In this document: in pieces, positions 26,080 through 35,439 of the stretch
Numbering within the stretch: the stretch's first letter is position 1
Layout: the number at the start of each line of letters is the position of its first letter
Source: Nitrospirae bacterium CG02_land_8_20_14_3_00_41_53
GTDB lineage: Bacteria; Nitrospirota; Thermodesulfovibrionia; Thermodesulfovibrionales; SM23-35
NCBI GenBank assembly: GCA_002780895.1
Contig: PEUB01000036.1
Location: 5,547 to 69,546, forward strand
Direction of reading: 5' to 3'
DNA: 64,000 bases
Notes under the pieces: model-generated
What the model saw: only the letters and a program-made list of their open reading frames with translations
Told to the model about the DNA's origin: nothing
The model's database searches: none
Position numbers and translations under genes: made by a program

Positions 26080-28278
26080 ATGTCTAAGTTAATAGCCTCA
26101 GCTGCTATAAAAGGTGCACATACGCTTGTTAAAAAGGCTGAGGATATGCTCCAGAAGGTTATCGTTGAAAAAGGTGAAGACTTCGCTTTTGAATTTCCTG
26201 ACACAGCTTTTTATCTTCCGATGATTTATGCAATGACAACCTTCCCAGTTAAAACACTTGGGGATATGAGGGTTGCGCTGGGTATGGCAAAGGAACTGCT
26301 TCATGAAGAGCCGGAAGAGCATTTATGGAAGCCGTATCTCGGCGAGGCGCTGGACTCAGGGATGGCAACACTCTTTGCTGAAGAGATAATTCTCGCATTA
26401 AAGTATATCAACGGTCTTGAACCAGCAAAAGACACTGAGACAGGCTATGTTTATAATGGATTCATCACCGATACTATCCAGAGGAATCTGGGCATCCAGC
26501 TCGTTGACGGCACGATGCCAGGCTTTGCAGTCATTATAGGCGCGGCTCCGAATGACGAAACAGCGGTAAATATCGTCAGGAAACTTCAGGGAAAGAATAT
26601 TCTCACATTCCTCTCAGGACATGTAAACGGTAACAGCGTTACAAAACAGCTCCTGAGAAAAGGTGTTGAATTAGGATGGGACACAAGAATCGTCCCTCTC
26701 GGGCCCGATACCGAGCACGCACTTTATGCAGCAGACTGGGCAATAAGGGCGTCCCTGATATACGGAGGCAAAAAACCCGGCGATTACAAAGAACATCTCA
26801 AATACCAGAAAGACAGGGTCTTTGCATTTGCAGTGGTTCTTGGTGAACTTGATGACATAATATGGACTACAGGCGCAGGAGCAATTAACATGGGATTCCC
26901 GGCAATATGCGACACTGACGTGCCGGTGATACATCCGACAGGTGTATGTATTTATGAAGAGGTAGAGAAAGAGCTTGACCACAACAAGATCGTGCAGAAG
27001 GCAATAGAGGTTAGAGGTTTGAAGATTATCGTTGAGAAACCACCTATCCCTGTTGCATATGGCCCGGCATTTGAGGGTGAAAGAATAAGGAAAGAAGATA
27101 TGTTCTTAGAGTTTGGCGGTACTCGTACACCTTCATTCGAATGGGTAAGAATGAGGGGAATGGAGGATATAGAGGACGGTAAGGTTGTAGTTGTTGGAAA
27201 TAATTGGCAGGAGAGATATGAAAAGGGTGGTGAGATGCCACTCGGAATAGTTGTTGATGTTGCAGGTAGAAAAATGCAGAAAGATTTCGAGCCGGTTATA
27301 GAAAGAAAGATTCATTCTAATATCAATGAGGCTCAGGGTGTATGGCATATGGGTCAGAGGGATATAAACTGGATGAGAATAAGTCATAATGCTAAGAAGG
27401 AAGGATTTACCCTTGAGCATCTCGGAATAATCAATGCTACTATGACCCACCACAGATTCAGGGCAATTGTGGATAAGGTTCAGGTAACGATTTATACAGA
27501 TGGGTCGGATGTATTAAGACTTATGGAAGAGGCAAGAAGTGTTTACAAAGAGCGTGACCAGAGGCTCGGCGGACTCGTAGATGAGGCAGTTGATATATTC
27601 TATTCGTGTCTCCTCTGTCAATCTTTTGCACCAAGCCATGTATGCGTAATAAGCCCTGAAAGGCTTGGTCTCTGCGGGGCATATAGCTGGCTTGATTGTA
27701 AGGCTGCATTCGAGATAGACCCAACAGGTGGGAATCAGCCAATAATAAAGGGAGAGCTTCTGGATGAAAGATATGGCAGATATACTGGCATTGACGAATA
27801 TCTGAAGAAGGCATCAGGGGGTGCGGTCGAGACGCTTAACCTTTATACCATAATGGAAAATCCCATGACCTCATGTGGTTGTTTTGAATGCATTATTGCG
27901 ATAATTCCAGAGGCAAACGGTGTGATGATAGTTCAGCGTGGTCATACAGAAATGACACCTGTAGGGATGAAATTTTCGACATTGGCAGGTAGTGTTGGCG
28001 GAGGCACACAGAATCCTGGGTTTATGGGAATTGGAAGGAACTTTATAGTCAGTAAAAAGTTTCTCCATGGTGACGGGGGAATTAAAAGGATAGTCTGGAT
28101 GACAAAGAATTTGAAAGAAAGTCTTAAAGAAGCATTTGAGAAAAGGGCTGAAGAGGAAGGTGTCCCTGATCTTCTTGATAAGATAGCTGATGAGACAGTG
28201 GCCGAAGACTCAGAAAAATTACTCGAGTTTCTCACAAGTGTAGGACATCCAGCACTTGAGATGGAACCTATGTTATGA
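26080..28278 (+). CDS. acsB: Acetyl-CoA synthase (A-cluster subunit, AcsB/CdhC)
   Basis: 732 aa with A-cluster cysteines CLLCQSFAPSHVC...C and SCGCFEC. AGGAGG RBS. Confidence 0.95.
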   Translation: MSKLIASAAIKGAHTLVKKAEDMLQKVIVEKGEDFAFEFPDTAFYLPMIYAMTTFPVKTLGDMRVALGMAKELLHEEPEEHLWKPYLGEALDSGMATLFAEEIILALKYINGLEPAKDTETGYVYNGFITDTIQRNLGIQLVDGTMPGFAVIIGAAPNDETAVNIVRKLQGKNILTFLSGHVNGNSVTKQLLRKGVELGWDTRIVPLGPDTEHALYAADWAIRASLIYGGKKPGDYKEHLKYQKDRVFAFAVVLGELDDIIWTTGAGAINMGFPAICDTDVPVIHPTGVCIYEEVEKELDHNKIVQKAIEVRGLKIIVEKPPIPVAYGPAFEGERIRKEDMFLEFGGTRTPSFEWVRMRGMEDIEDGKVVVVGNNWQERYEKGGEMPLGIVVDVAGRKMQKDFEPVIERKIHSNINEAQGVWHMGQRDINWMRISHNAKKEGFTLEHLGIINATMTHHRFRAIVDKVQVTIYTDGSDVLRLMEEARSVYKERDQRLGGLVDEAVDIFYSCLLCQSFAPSHVCVISPERLGLCGAYSWLDCKAAFEIDPTGGNQPIIKGELLDERYGRYTGIDEYLKKASGGAVETLNLYTIMENPMTSCGCFECIIAIIPEANGVMIVQRGHTEMTPVGMKFSTLAGSVGGGTQNPGFMGIGRNFIVSKKFLHGDGGIKRIVWMTKNLKESLKEAFEKRAEEEGVPDLLDKIADETVAEDSEKLLEFLTSVGHPALEMEPML

Positions 28279-28282
28279 GACA

Positions 28283-28403
28283 GTCATTAGTTACACCCCT
28301 CACCCTAACCCTCTTCCGCAAGGGGAGAGGGGACTTATTTTATTATCCCCTCCCTTGACGGGAGGGGATAGAGGGGAGGGTGAACTACTGATGACTAATG
28401 ACT
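28283..28403. repeat. Composite TIR-bounded element filling the acsB-cooS spacer
   Basis: 10-nt perfect terminal inverted repeats agtcattagt / actaatgact enclose two GC-rich palindromes. These are 28294..28334 (cacccctcaccc-taa-ccctcttcc-gcaa-ggggagagggg) and 28343..28382 (ttatcccctccc-ttgac-gggaggggata-gaggggagggtg). Confidence 0.85.
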
Positions 28404-28418
28404 TGATATGGAGGATAT

Positions 28419-30410
28419 ATGGAGAAAAAAATAGTAAAGAGTGCGAATGAAGCTGCTGAACAGATTATAGAGTGGGGTGAATCCCACGGTATAGAGACAT
28501 GCTTTGACAGGGCACAGAGACTTAAACCATGCCCTATCGGCGCTGCCGGTGCATGCTGTAAGACATGTCACATGGGACCCTGTAGGTTTGTTGGAAAGAA
28601 TGCCGAAGAGGAGGCAAGAGGGGTATGTGGCGCTACGCTGCCTACAGTTGCTTCAAGAAATCTGCTTAGAATGGCAATAGCAGGATCAGCAGCACATACG
28701 GACCATGCGAGAGATATGGCCTTTATCCTGCTTGCTGTTGCCAATGGGGAGACAAGTGATTTTAGAATAACCGATGTGAGAAAGCTTTATAAGGTTGCAG
28801 GAATCCTTGATATAGAGTTTGGAAATGGAATGGCTGTCAATGATGTTGCAAGAGATGTCGCGCTGAGATTAATTAAAGATTTCGGAAGGCAGAAGGGAGA
28901 GTTAAATTATATTAAAAGAGCTCCCAATAAGACTCAGGAAAGATGGAAAAAGTGGGGTATTACTCCAAGAGGAATTGACAGGGAAATAACAGAGGCAATG
29001 CATCGCACTCACATGGGTGTTGACCATGCCCCTGATAACCTTCTTTTAAGCGCCCTCAGGGTTTCCCTCGCTGATGGCTGGGGAGGTTCTATGATCTCAA
29101 CTGATATTACAGATATTCTTTTTGGTACTCCTCGACCAGTAAAGGCAGAGGCGGGTTTTGGGATATTTAAAGAAGATGAGGTCAATATTGTTGTGCATGG
29201 ACATGAACCCTCACTTGCAGAAATGATTGTGGATGTAGTAAATGAACCTGAGATGATTGCATATGCAAAATCAAAGGGTGCAAAGGGAATAAATCTTGGT
29301 GGCATGTGCTGTACTGCAAATGAGGTATTAATGAGGCACGGGATCCCAACAGCAGGTGGATTTACAAATCAGGAGTTAGCGATCATGACAGGACTCATTG
29401 ATGCAATAACAGTTGATGTCCAGTGTATAATGCCTGCATTAGTAGAACTTTCAAGGAAATTTCATACAAAGGTAATTACCACATCTTATAAGGCAAAAAT
29501 ACCGGGTGCTGTTCATATTGAATATGACGAGCACAGGGCGAAGGAAATCGCAAGGGAGATAGTAAAGTTTGCTATAGATAACTATCCTAATAGAAAGGCA
29601 GAAGGGATACATATAAATCAGAAATTTCCGGTTATAGCAGGTTTTTCACATGAATATATTGAATATATGCAGGGAGGTAGATGGAGGGCATCCTTCAGGC
29701 CATTGAATGATGCAATTATGGCAGGTAGGATTCGTGGAGTTGTTGGTCTTGCAGGTTGTGACAATCCACGGGTTCCTTCACAAGGGCTTCATCGCTTTCT
29801 TGCAGTTGAGCTAATCAAGAATGATGTGCTTATACTATCAACAGGGTGTGGATCTCATGCATGTGGGACCGCGGGATATCTTATACCAGAGATGGCATTG
29901 GAAAATGCCGGTCCAGGATTAAGAGAGGTATGCGAGGCAATAGGGGTTCCTCCTATCCTTCACCTTGGCTCATGTGTAGATAATTCAAGAATTTTAACGA
30001 TTGTCTCTGCAATGGCAGCAGAAGGCGGCCTCTCTGATGAGATTGGGGGTATGCCTGTTGTAGGTATTGCCCCTGAATGGATGTCAGAGAAGGCGATTTC
30101 TATCGGGTGTTATCTCGCTGCATCAGGCGTCCCTGTGATATTTGGCGGTGAATCACCAGTGAGTGCAAGTGAGGAAGTAACTAAGATAATGACAGAGGTA
30201 TGGTTTGAAAGATTCAAGGGTGCGTTACATTTTGAGCCTGACCCTGAAAAAATACTGAGCCTTACCCTTGAATATATAGATAGGGCCAGGGAAGCACTTA
30301 AACTTAGAAAATATGAACCCGGCAAGTTTGGCGCTGAAAGGGTTCTTCTGGATATGGCTGCAAGGCGTGAACTTGAAAAGGCAGCTAAGCCGCATATAGG
30401 AATATATTAG
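28419..30410 (+). CDS. acsA: Anaerobic Ni-Fe-S carbon monoxide dehydrogenase catalytic subunit (CooS/AcsA)
   Basis: 663 aa with an N-terminal D/B-cluster motif CPIGAAGACCKTCHMGPCR and C-cluster region motifs (HGHEP, GGMCCTANE, GCDNP, GSCVDNSR). Confidence 0.95.
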   Translation: MEKKIVKSANEAAEQIIEWGESHGIETCFDRAQRLKPCPIGAAGACCKTCHMGPCRFVGKNAEEEARGVCGATLPTVASRNLLRMAIAGSAAHTDHARDMAFILLAVANGETSDFRITDVRKLYKVAGILDIEFGNGMAVNDVARDVALRLIKDFGRQKGELNYIKRAPNKTQERWKKWGITPRGIDREITEAMHRTHMGVDHAPDNLLLSALRVSLADGWGGSMISTDITDILFGTPRPVKAEAGFGIFKEDEVNIVVHGHEPSLAEMIVDVVNEPEMIAYAKSKGAKGINLGGMCCTANEVLMRHGIPTAGGFTNQELAIMTGLIDAITVDVQCIMPALVELSRKFHTKVITTSYKAKIPGAVHIEYDEHRAKEIAREIVKFAIDNYPNRKAEGIHINQKFPVIAGFSHEYIEYMQGGRWRASFRPLNDAIMAGRIRGVVGLAGCDNPRVPSQGLHRFLAVELIKNDVLILSTGCGSHACGTAGYLIPEMALENAGPGLREVCEAIGVPPILHLGSCVDNSRILTIVSAMAAEGGLSDEIGGMPVVGIAPEWMSEKAISIGCYLAASGVPVIFGGESPVSASEEVTKIMTEVWFERFKGALHFEPDPEKILSLTLEYIDRAREALKLRKYEPGKFGAERVLLDMAARRELEKAAKPHIGIY

Positions 30411-30453
30411 TGTAGCCGCACCCTTTAGGGTGCGTTTATTATAGCAGGCTACA
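30411..30453. repeat. TGTAGCCGC-family hairpin element
   Basis: tgtagccgcaccctttagggtgcg...gcaggctaca, immediately after the cooS stop. Related to 21908..22002. Confidence 0.75.
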
Positions 30454-30467
30454 TTTTTGGAGGTTAA

Positions 30468-30953
30468 ATGATAATAGAAGAGATTGAAATTGATGAACAA
30501 ATAGGAGAGGTTGGTAGAATACTTAGTAAGCAGGAAAGGAAGAGAGGATTACTGATACATGTTCTCCAACAGATTCAGGAGAATGATGGTTATTTGCAGG
30601 AAGAAGTTTTAAGGAGGCTTTCTAAAAACCTCAATATTTCGCTTGCTGAGATTTATAGTGTTGCAAGTTTTTACAAAATGTTCCACTTCAAACCCAGAGG
30701 CAGAAAAATTGTAAGGGTTTGTCTTGGCACGGCCTGTTACGTAAGAGGATCAAAAAAGATTTTAACAACACTTGAAGAAGAGTTTGGTATAAAGAACGGA
30801 GAAACAACCGAAGACCTTGCTATGACTTTAGAGACAGTAGGATGTATAGGTTGTTGTGGACTTGCGCCTGTTACTATGATTAATGAGGAAATTATAGGTG
30901 AAATCGGAACAAAAAAAATAGAAGGAATAGTTAACGCGATAAAAGAAGAATAA
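30468..30953 (+). CDS. NuoE/HydC-like thioredoxin-fold [2Fe-2S] protein
   Basis: 161 aa with CLGTACYVRGS...GCIGCCGLAP cysteine pattern. GGAGG RBS. Confidence 0.88.
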   Translation: MIIEEIEIDEQIGEVGRILSKQERKRGLLIHVLQQIQENDGYLQEEVLRRLSKNLNISLAEIYSVASFYKMFHFKPRGRKIVRVCLGTACYVRGSKKILTTLEEEFGIKNGETTEDLAMTLETVGCIGCCGLAPVTMINEEIIGEIGTKKIEGIVNAIKEE

Positions 30954-30966
30954 TAAAAAGGAAATT

Positions 30967-33294
30967 ATGAAAAGATTTAATAGTGTTAACGACCTAATTT
31001 CCTATAGAAAACTACTTCTTACAGAAGGATTATTAATCCCGGGGAAGAACAGGATTAAAGTTTGCTGTGGTACAGCGTGTGGTGCATCAGGTTCTCACAA
31101 GGTTGTAAGGGCATTAGAGGATTACCCTAAAAGCGATTTAGATATTGAACTCATAAAGACAGGGTGTCAGGGTCTTTGTCAAAAAGGTCCTGTTATGAAG
31201 GTCGAACCATATGATTATTTCTATCAGAAAGTCAGTCCTGATAAAGCATCAGAGATACTCTCCACATATATAACAGGACTCCCTGCACGAGACCTTCTTT
31301 ATAGAGAATCATTCATCAATCCTCCGATTGAGAAGATGGAGGGGGTGCCTTTTTATAAGAAGCAGTTAAGAGTTGTACTTAGAAATAATGGAAGGATAGA
31401 TCCCTGTAATATATCCCACCATATTGCTGTTGGTGGGTATTTAGCAATTGAGAAGATATTTTCCTCAATGACTCCAGAGCAAGTTCTTGATGAGGTAAAA
31501 AAGGCAAATATCAGGGGTCGAGGTGGTGCAGGATTTCCAGCTGGCATAAAATGGGGATTCGCTAAAAAGTCTCCTGTTTCAAATAAGATGGTAATAGCCA
31601 ACGGTGATGAAGGTGACCCTGGCGCTTTTATGGACAGGTCAGTTATGGAGGGTGACCCTTTCAGCTTGCTTGAGGGGATGCTTATATGTGCCTATGTAAT
31701 TTGCGCACATTACGGGTTTATTTATGTCCGTCATGAGTATCCACTTGCTGTTAAGAATCTGGGTATAGCAATTAAGAAGGCAGAGGAAATTGGACTCTTG
31801 GGTAAAAATATCCTCGGGACAGGGTTTGATTTTACAGTTCACATAAGGGAAGGCGCTGGAGCTTTTGTATGTGGCGAGGAGACAGCACTCATGGCATCAG
31901 TCGAGGGAGAAAGGGGATTTCCAAGACCAAAACCTCCATTTCCTGCTGAGAGTGGTCTATGGAATAGCCCTACGATTATTAACAATGTTGAGACACTTGT
32001 AAATATTCCTTATATTATAGAAAAGGGAGCAGATTGGTTTCTGAGTATGGGGACACAAAATTCACCAGGGACGAAGGTCTTTGCCCTTACAGGAAAGGTT
32101 GTTGACACAGGGCTTGTTGAGGTACCTATGGGAATAACCCTCAGGGAGATTATCTTCGATATTGGTGGAGGAATTATAAATAATAAAAAGTTTAAGGCAG
32201 TACAGACAGGAGGGCCTTCAGGTGGATGCATTCCCGAGCAATATCTTGATCTGCCTGTAGATTATGATTCTCTTGCAAAGGTTGGTTCGATAATGGGTTC
32301 AGGCGGAATGGTAGTGATGGATGAGGATAACTGCATGGTAGATATTGCTAAGTTTTTCCTCTCCTTTACACAGTCTGAGTCATGCGGGAAATGTCCGCCA
32401 TGCCGAATTGGGACATATCAGATGCTCCAAATCCTTGAAAAAATAACGTCTGGTAATGGTGAGCCTGGAGATATAGAGAAACTTGAGAAGCTCGGGAAAC
32501 TTGTAAAGACAGGCTCTCTTTGTGGCCTTGGCCTGACTGCACCAAATCCAGTGCTAACAACAATTAAATATTTCCGTGAAGAATACGAAGAGCACATACA
32601 TGATAAATACTGCAGGGCAAAGGTTTGTAGCGGTCTTGGCATGTTTATCATAGAACAAAGTGAATGTATCCTTTGTGGTCTATGCAAGCAGGCATGTGCC
32701 TTTGATGCAGTTAAGGAGACGAGAAGGAGATTCTTTATTGACCAGGATTACTGCACAAGGTGTAAGGCTTGCTACCTTGCATGTCCCACAGGTGCTGTGA
32801 AGATAAAGAAGAAAAGACATGTAAGGCTTGAAGAGGTATTCGGGATACCACCTGAAAGCATAGAAATCATGGAAAGGAGATGTAGAATGACATTAAGAGA
32901 TATCTTAAAATCAAAACCGCCTATGATCGTGACTATTCAAAAAAATCGCACTATTAGAGATGCAGTATATACCATGAGCGAGAAGAATGTCAGCGGGATT
33001 TTTGTGGTTGATGAAAATAATAAATTGGCAAGTATATTTACGGAAAGGGATATTGTGCGATGTGTTTTTAATAATATATCTCTCGATGAGACTATCGAGA
33101 ATATAATGAGACGTGATATTACAACATTTGATCCCTCGACAGAAATAAGTTCAGCAATAACGGTCGCTTCAAGAAAGAAGATCAGACATATACCTGTTGT
33201 GGAAGGAGATAACATTGTGGGAATGATTACTTTTAGGGATTTAGTTTCATATCTGCTTCCAGAAATCTGCTATATGTCAGAAGCACTTTATTGA
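30967..33294 (+). CDS. NuoF/HydB-like FMN- and NAD(P)H-binding FeS subunit with N-terminal 2Fe-2S domain, C-terminal 2x[4Fe-4S] and a fused CBS pair
   Basis: 775 aa. Motifs: CCGTACGASGS...GCQGLCQKGP; RGRGGAGFPAG; ANGDEGDPGAFMDR; ESCGKCPPCRIGT; CILCGLCKQAC / CTRCKACYLACP. The C-terminal ~135 aa is a tandem CBS region (IFVVDENNKLASIFTERDI, IPVVEGDNIVGMITFRDL). Confidence 0.88.
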   Translation: MKRFNSVNDLISYRKLLLTEGLLIPGKNRIKVCCGTACGASGSHKVVRALEDYPKSDLDIELIKTGCQGLCQKGPVMKVEPYDYFYQKVSPDKASEILSTYITGLPARDLLYRESFINPPIEKMEGVPFYKKQLRVVLRNNGRIDPCNISHHIAVGGYLAIEKIFSSMTPEQVLDEVKKANIRGRGGAGFPAGIKWGFAKKSPVSNKMVIANGDEGDPGAFMDRSVMEGDPFSLLEGMLICAYVICAHYGFIYVRHEYPLAVKNLGIAIKKAEEIGLLGKNILGTGFDFTVHIREGAGAFVCGEETALMASVEGERGFPRPKPPFPAESGLWNSPTIINNVETLVNIPYIIEKGADWFLSMGTQNSPGTKVFALTGKVVDTGLVEVPMGITLREIIFDIGGGIINNKKFKAVQTGGPSGGCIPEQYLDLPVDYDSLAKVGSIMGSGGMVVMDEDNCMVDIAKFFLSFTQSESCGKCPPCRIGTYQMLQILEKITSGNGEPGDIEKLEKLGKLVKTGSLCGLGLTAPNPVLTTIKYFREEYEEHIHDKYCRAKVCSGLGMFIIEQSECILCGLCKQACAFDAVKETRRRFFIDQDYCTRCKACYLACPTGAVKIKKKRHVRLEEVFGIPPESIEIMERRCRMTLRDILKSKPPMIVTIQKNRTIRDAVYTMSEKNVSGIFVVDENNKLASIFTERDIVRCVFNNISLDETIENIMRRDITTFDPSTEISSAITVASRKKIRHIPVVEGDNIVGMITFRDLVSYLLPEICYMSEALY

Positions 33295-33325
33295 AGTAAT
33301 AATGAAATGATAATATTAGGTAACT

Positions 33326-35422
33326 ATGAAAAGACTCGATAGTATTGATGACCTTATTGTCCTCCGTAACCTTCTATTAAAAGAAGGGGTATTAGCCCCT
33401 GGTAAAAAAAGGATAAAGGTTTGTTGTGGGCTTCCCTGTAGCACCTTGGGTTCCCATGAAGTTACAAAGGAATTAGAGAATGAAATCTCTAAGAACAGTC
33501 TGGATATCGAAGTGATAAAAACAGGATGCCAGGGTCTTTGCCAGAGAGGACCCCTTATAAAGACCGAACCATATAATTATTTCTATCAGAAAGTCAGTCC
33601 AGAAAAAGTAGGAGAGATTATATCTAAGACCTTTTTAGCAGGACGACCTGTAAGAGAGTGTCTTTTCAGAGATTCTTTTCTTGAGCCACCCAAAGAAGTA
33701 ACTGAAGAGATTCCTTTTTATAAGAAGCAGCTGAAGGTTGCACTCAGGAATACTGGTTGTATAGACCCGCATAGTATATCTCACTATATTGTAACCGGCG
33801 GGTATATGGCTATTGAAAAGATATTTTCCTCCATGAGCCCAGAACAAGTACTTGAGGAGGTAACAAAGGCTAACCTCAGGGGCCGGGGTGGTGCAGGGTT
33901 CCCCGCAGGGAAAAAGTGGAAACATACCAAAAGTTCTCGTTGTGACATAAAATTTGTGATAGCCAATGGTGATGAAGGTGACCCTGGCGCTTTTATGGAC
34001 AGGTCTGTCATGGAAGGTGATCCTCACAGCCTGCTCGAGGGAATGCTTATATGTGCTTATGCAATTAGTGCACATTATGGGATTATTTATGTCCGTCACG
34101 AGTACCCTCTTGCCATTAAGAATTTGGGAATAGCTATTAATCAAGCGCAGGAGCTTGGGCTTATAGGTAAAAATATCCTCGGGACAGGATTTGATTTTAC
34201 AGTTCACATAAGGGAAGGCGCGGGTGCCTTTGTGTGCGGTGAATCTACTGCTCTTATTGCATCGGTAGAAGGAGAAAGGGGTATGCCGCGACCAAGACCT
34301 CCGCGACTTTCTGAAATTGGAGGAGGGGTTTGGGGATATCCAACTAATTTGAATAATGTAGAGACTTATGCTTGTATGCCTCAAATAATCGAGAAGGGAG
34401 CCGATTGGTTCCTGAATATAGGAACAGAAAATTCACCTGGTACAAAAGTATTTTCTCTTGCAGGAAAGGTTAAAAATACAGGGCTTATTGAAGTGCCTAT
34501 GGGGATAACCCTGAGGGAGATCATATTCGATATTGGGGGAGGAATATTAAATAATAAGAAATTCAAGGCAGTGCAGACAGGAGGGCCTTCGGGCGGGTGT
34601 ATCCCTGAGCAATATCTTGATCTGCCTGTAGATTATGATTCTCTTGCAAAGGTTGGCTCAATAATGGGTTCAGGTGGAATGGTCGTAATGGATGAGGACA
34701 ACTGTATGGTAGATGTTGCTAAGTTTTTCCTCTCCTTTACACAGGCTGAGTCATGCGGGAAATGTCCTCCATGCAGGATAGGTACATACCAGATGCTCCA
34801 AATCCTCGAAAAGATAACATTAGGCAATGGAGAGGAAGGAGATATAGGAAAACTTGAAAGGTTTGGGAAACTTGTAAAGGCAGGTTCCCTCTGTGGTCTT
34901 GGCCAGAATGCACCAAACCCTGTTCTTACGACCATCAAATATTTCCGTGAAGAATACGAAGAGCATATAAGAGATAAATATTGCAGGGCAAAGGTCTGCA
35001 CCGGACTCGGATTACTCTCAATAAACACTGAAATCTGCTACCAGTGTATGCGCTGCATGGATACATGTCCATTTGAGGCAATAAAAGAATCCAGGGAAGG
35101 TGGATTTTATATAGACCAGGTGCTCTGCCAGAGATGTAAGGCATGCTATATGGCATGTCCCTTAGGCGCTATAGAGATTAAAGAACAGCCCTTTACCTAT
35201 ATAGATACAGAGCTATGCTATCTCTGCGGCCGCTGTAAAGATGTATGCAGGATTAATGCAATAAAGGAAACTTCAACCGGATTCATGATAGATCGCTTTG
35301 TATGTAGGAAGTGCGGTGATTGTTACAATATATGCCCTATGGGAGCTGTGAGGTTTGAGAAAAGAACCCACCCCCCTGTGTCCCCCCTTAGTAAGGGGGG
35401 AATTAAAGAGGGGTGCCCTTAG
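33326..35422 (+). CDS. Second NuoF/HydB-like subunit (tandem paralog) with C-terminal polyferredoxin extension
   Basis: 698 aa with the same core motifs as the upstream paralog. Four CxxCxxCxxxCP-type clusters follow at the C-terminus. The last ~17 aa (HPPVSPLSKGGIKEGCP) are encoded by a GC-rich palindromic repeat. Confidence 0.88.
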   Translation: MKRLDSIDDLIVLRNLLLKEGVLAPGKKRIKVCCGLPCSTLGSHEVTKELENEISKNSLDIEVIKTGCQGLCQRGPLIKTEPYNYFYQKVSPEKVGEIISKTFLAGRPVRECLFRDSFLEPPKEVTEEIPFYKKQLKVALRNTGCIDPHSISHYIVTGGYMAIEKIFSSMSPEQVLEEVTKANLRGRGGAGFPAGKKWKHTKSSRCDIKFVIANGDEGDPGAFMDRSVMEGDPHSLLEGMLICAYAISAHYGIIYVRHEYPLAIKNLGIAINQAQELGLIGKNILGTGFDFTVHIREGAGAFVCGESTALIASVEGERGMPRPRPPRLSEIGGGVWGYPTNLNNVETYACMPQIIEKGADWFLNIGTENSPGTKVFSLAGKVKNTGLIEVPMGITLREIIFDIGGGILNNKKFKAVQTGGPSGGCIPEQYLDLPVDYDSLAKVGSIMGSGGMVVMDEDNCMVDVAKFFLSFTQAESCGKCPPCRIGTYQMLQILEKITLGNGEEGDIGKLERFGKLVKAGSLCGLGQNAPNPVLTTIKYFREEYEEHIRDKYCRAKVCTGLGLLSINTEICYQCMRCMDTCPFEAIKESREGGFYIDQVLCQRCKACYMACPLGAIEIKEQPFTYIDTELCYLCGRCKDVCRINAIKETSTGFMIDRFVCRKCGDCYNICPMGAVRFEKRTHPPVSPLSKGGIKEGCP
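35367..35415. repeat. GC-rich nested palindromic element forming the 3' end of the NuoF-2 gene
   Basis: cccacccccc-tgt-gtcccccc-ttagtaa-gggggg-aattaaa-gaggggtg. The stop codon is at 35420..35422. Confidence 0.8.
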
Positions 35423-35439
35423 AAATATTTGGAGGAAAA

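Noticed and set aside
33635-34384. 249-aa minus-strand ORF inside the NuoF-2 gene. Similar long antisense ORFs lie at 20479..21057, 21522..22028, 13549..14067, 10541..10963, 15159..15587, 37155..37580, 61402..61875 and 62891..63367.
   Set aside because: Each lies antisense to a strongly conserved, motif-rich CDS. Each has low-complexity or unusual composition, no RBS and no recognisable domain. They are typical shadow ORFs.
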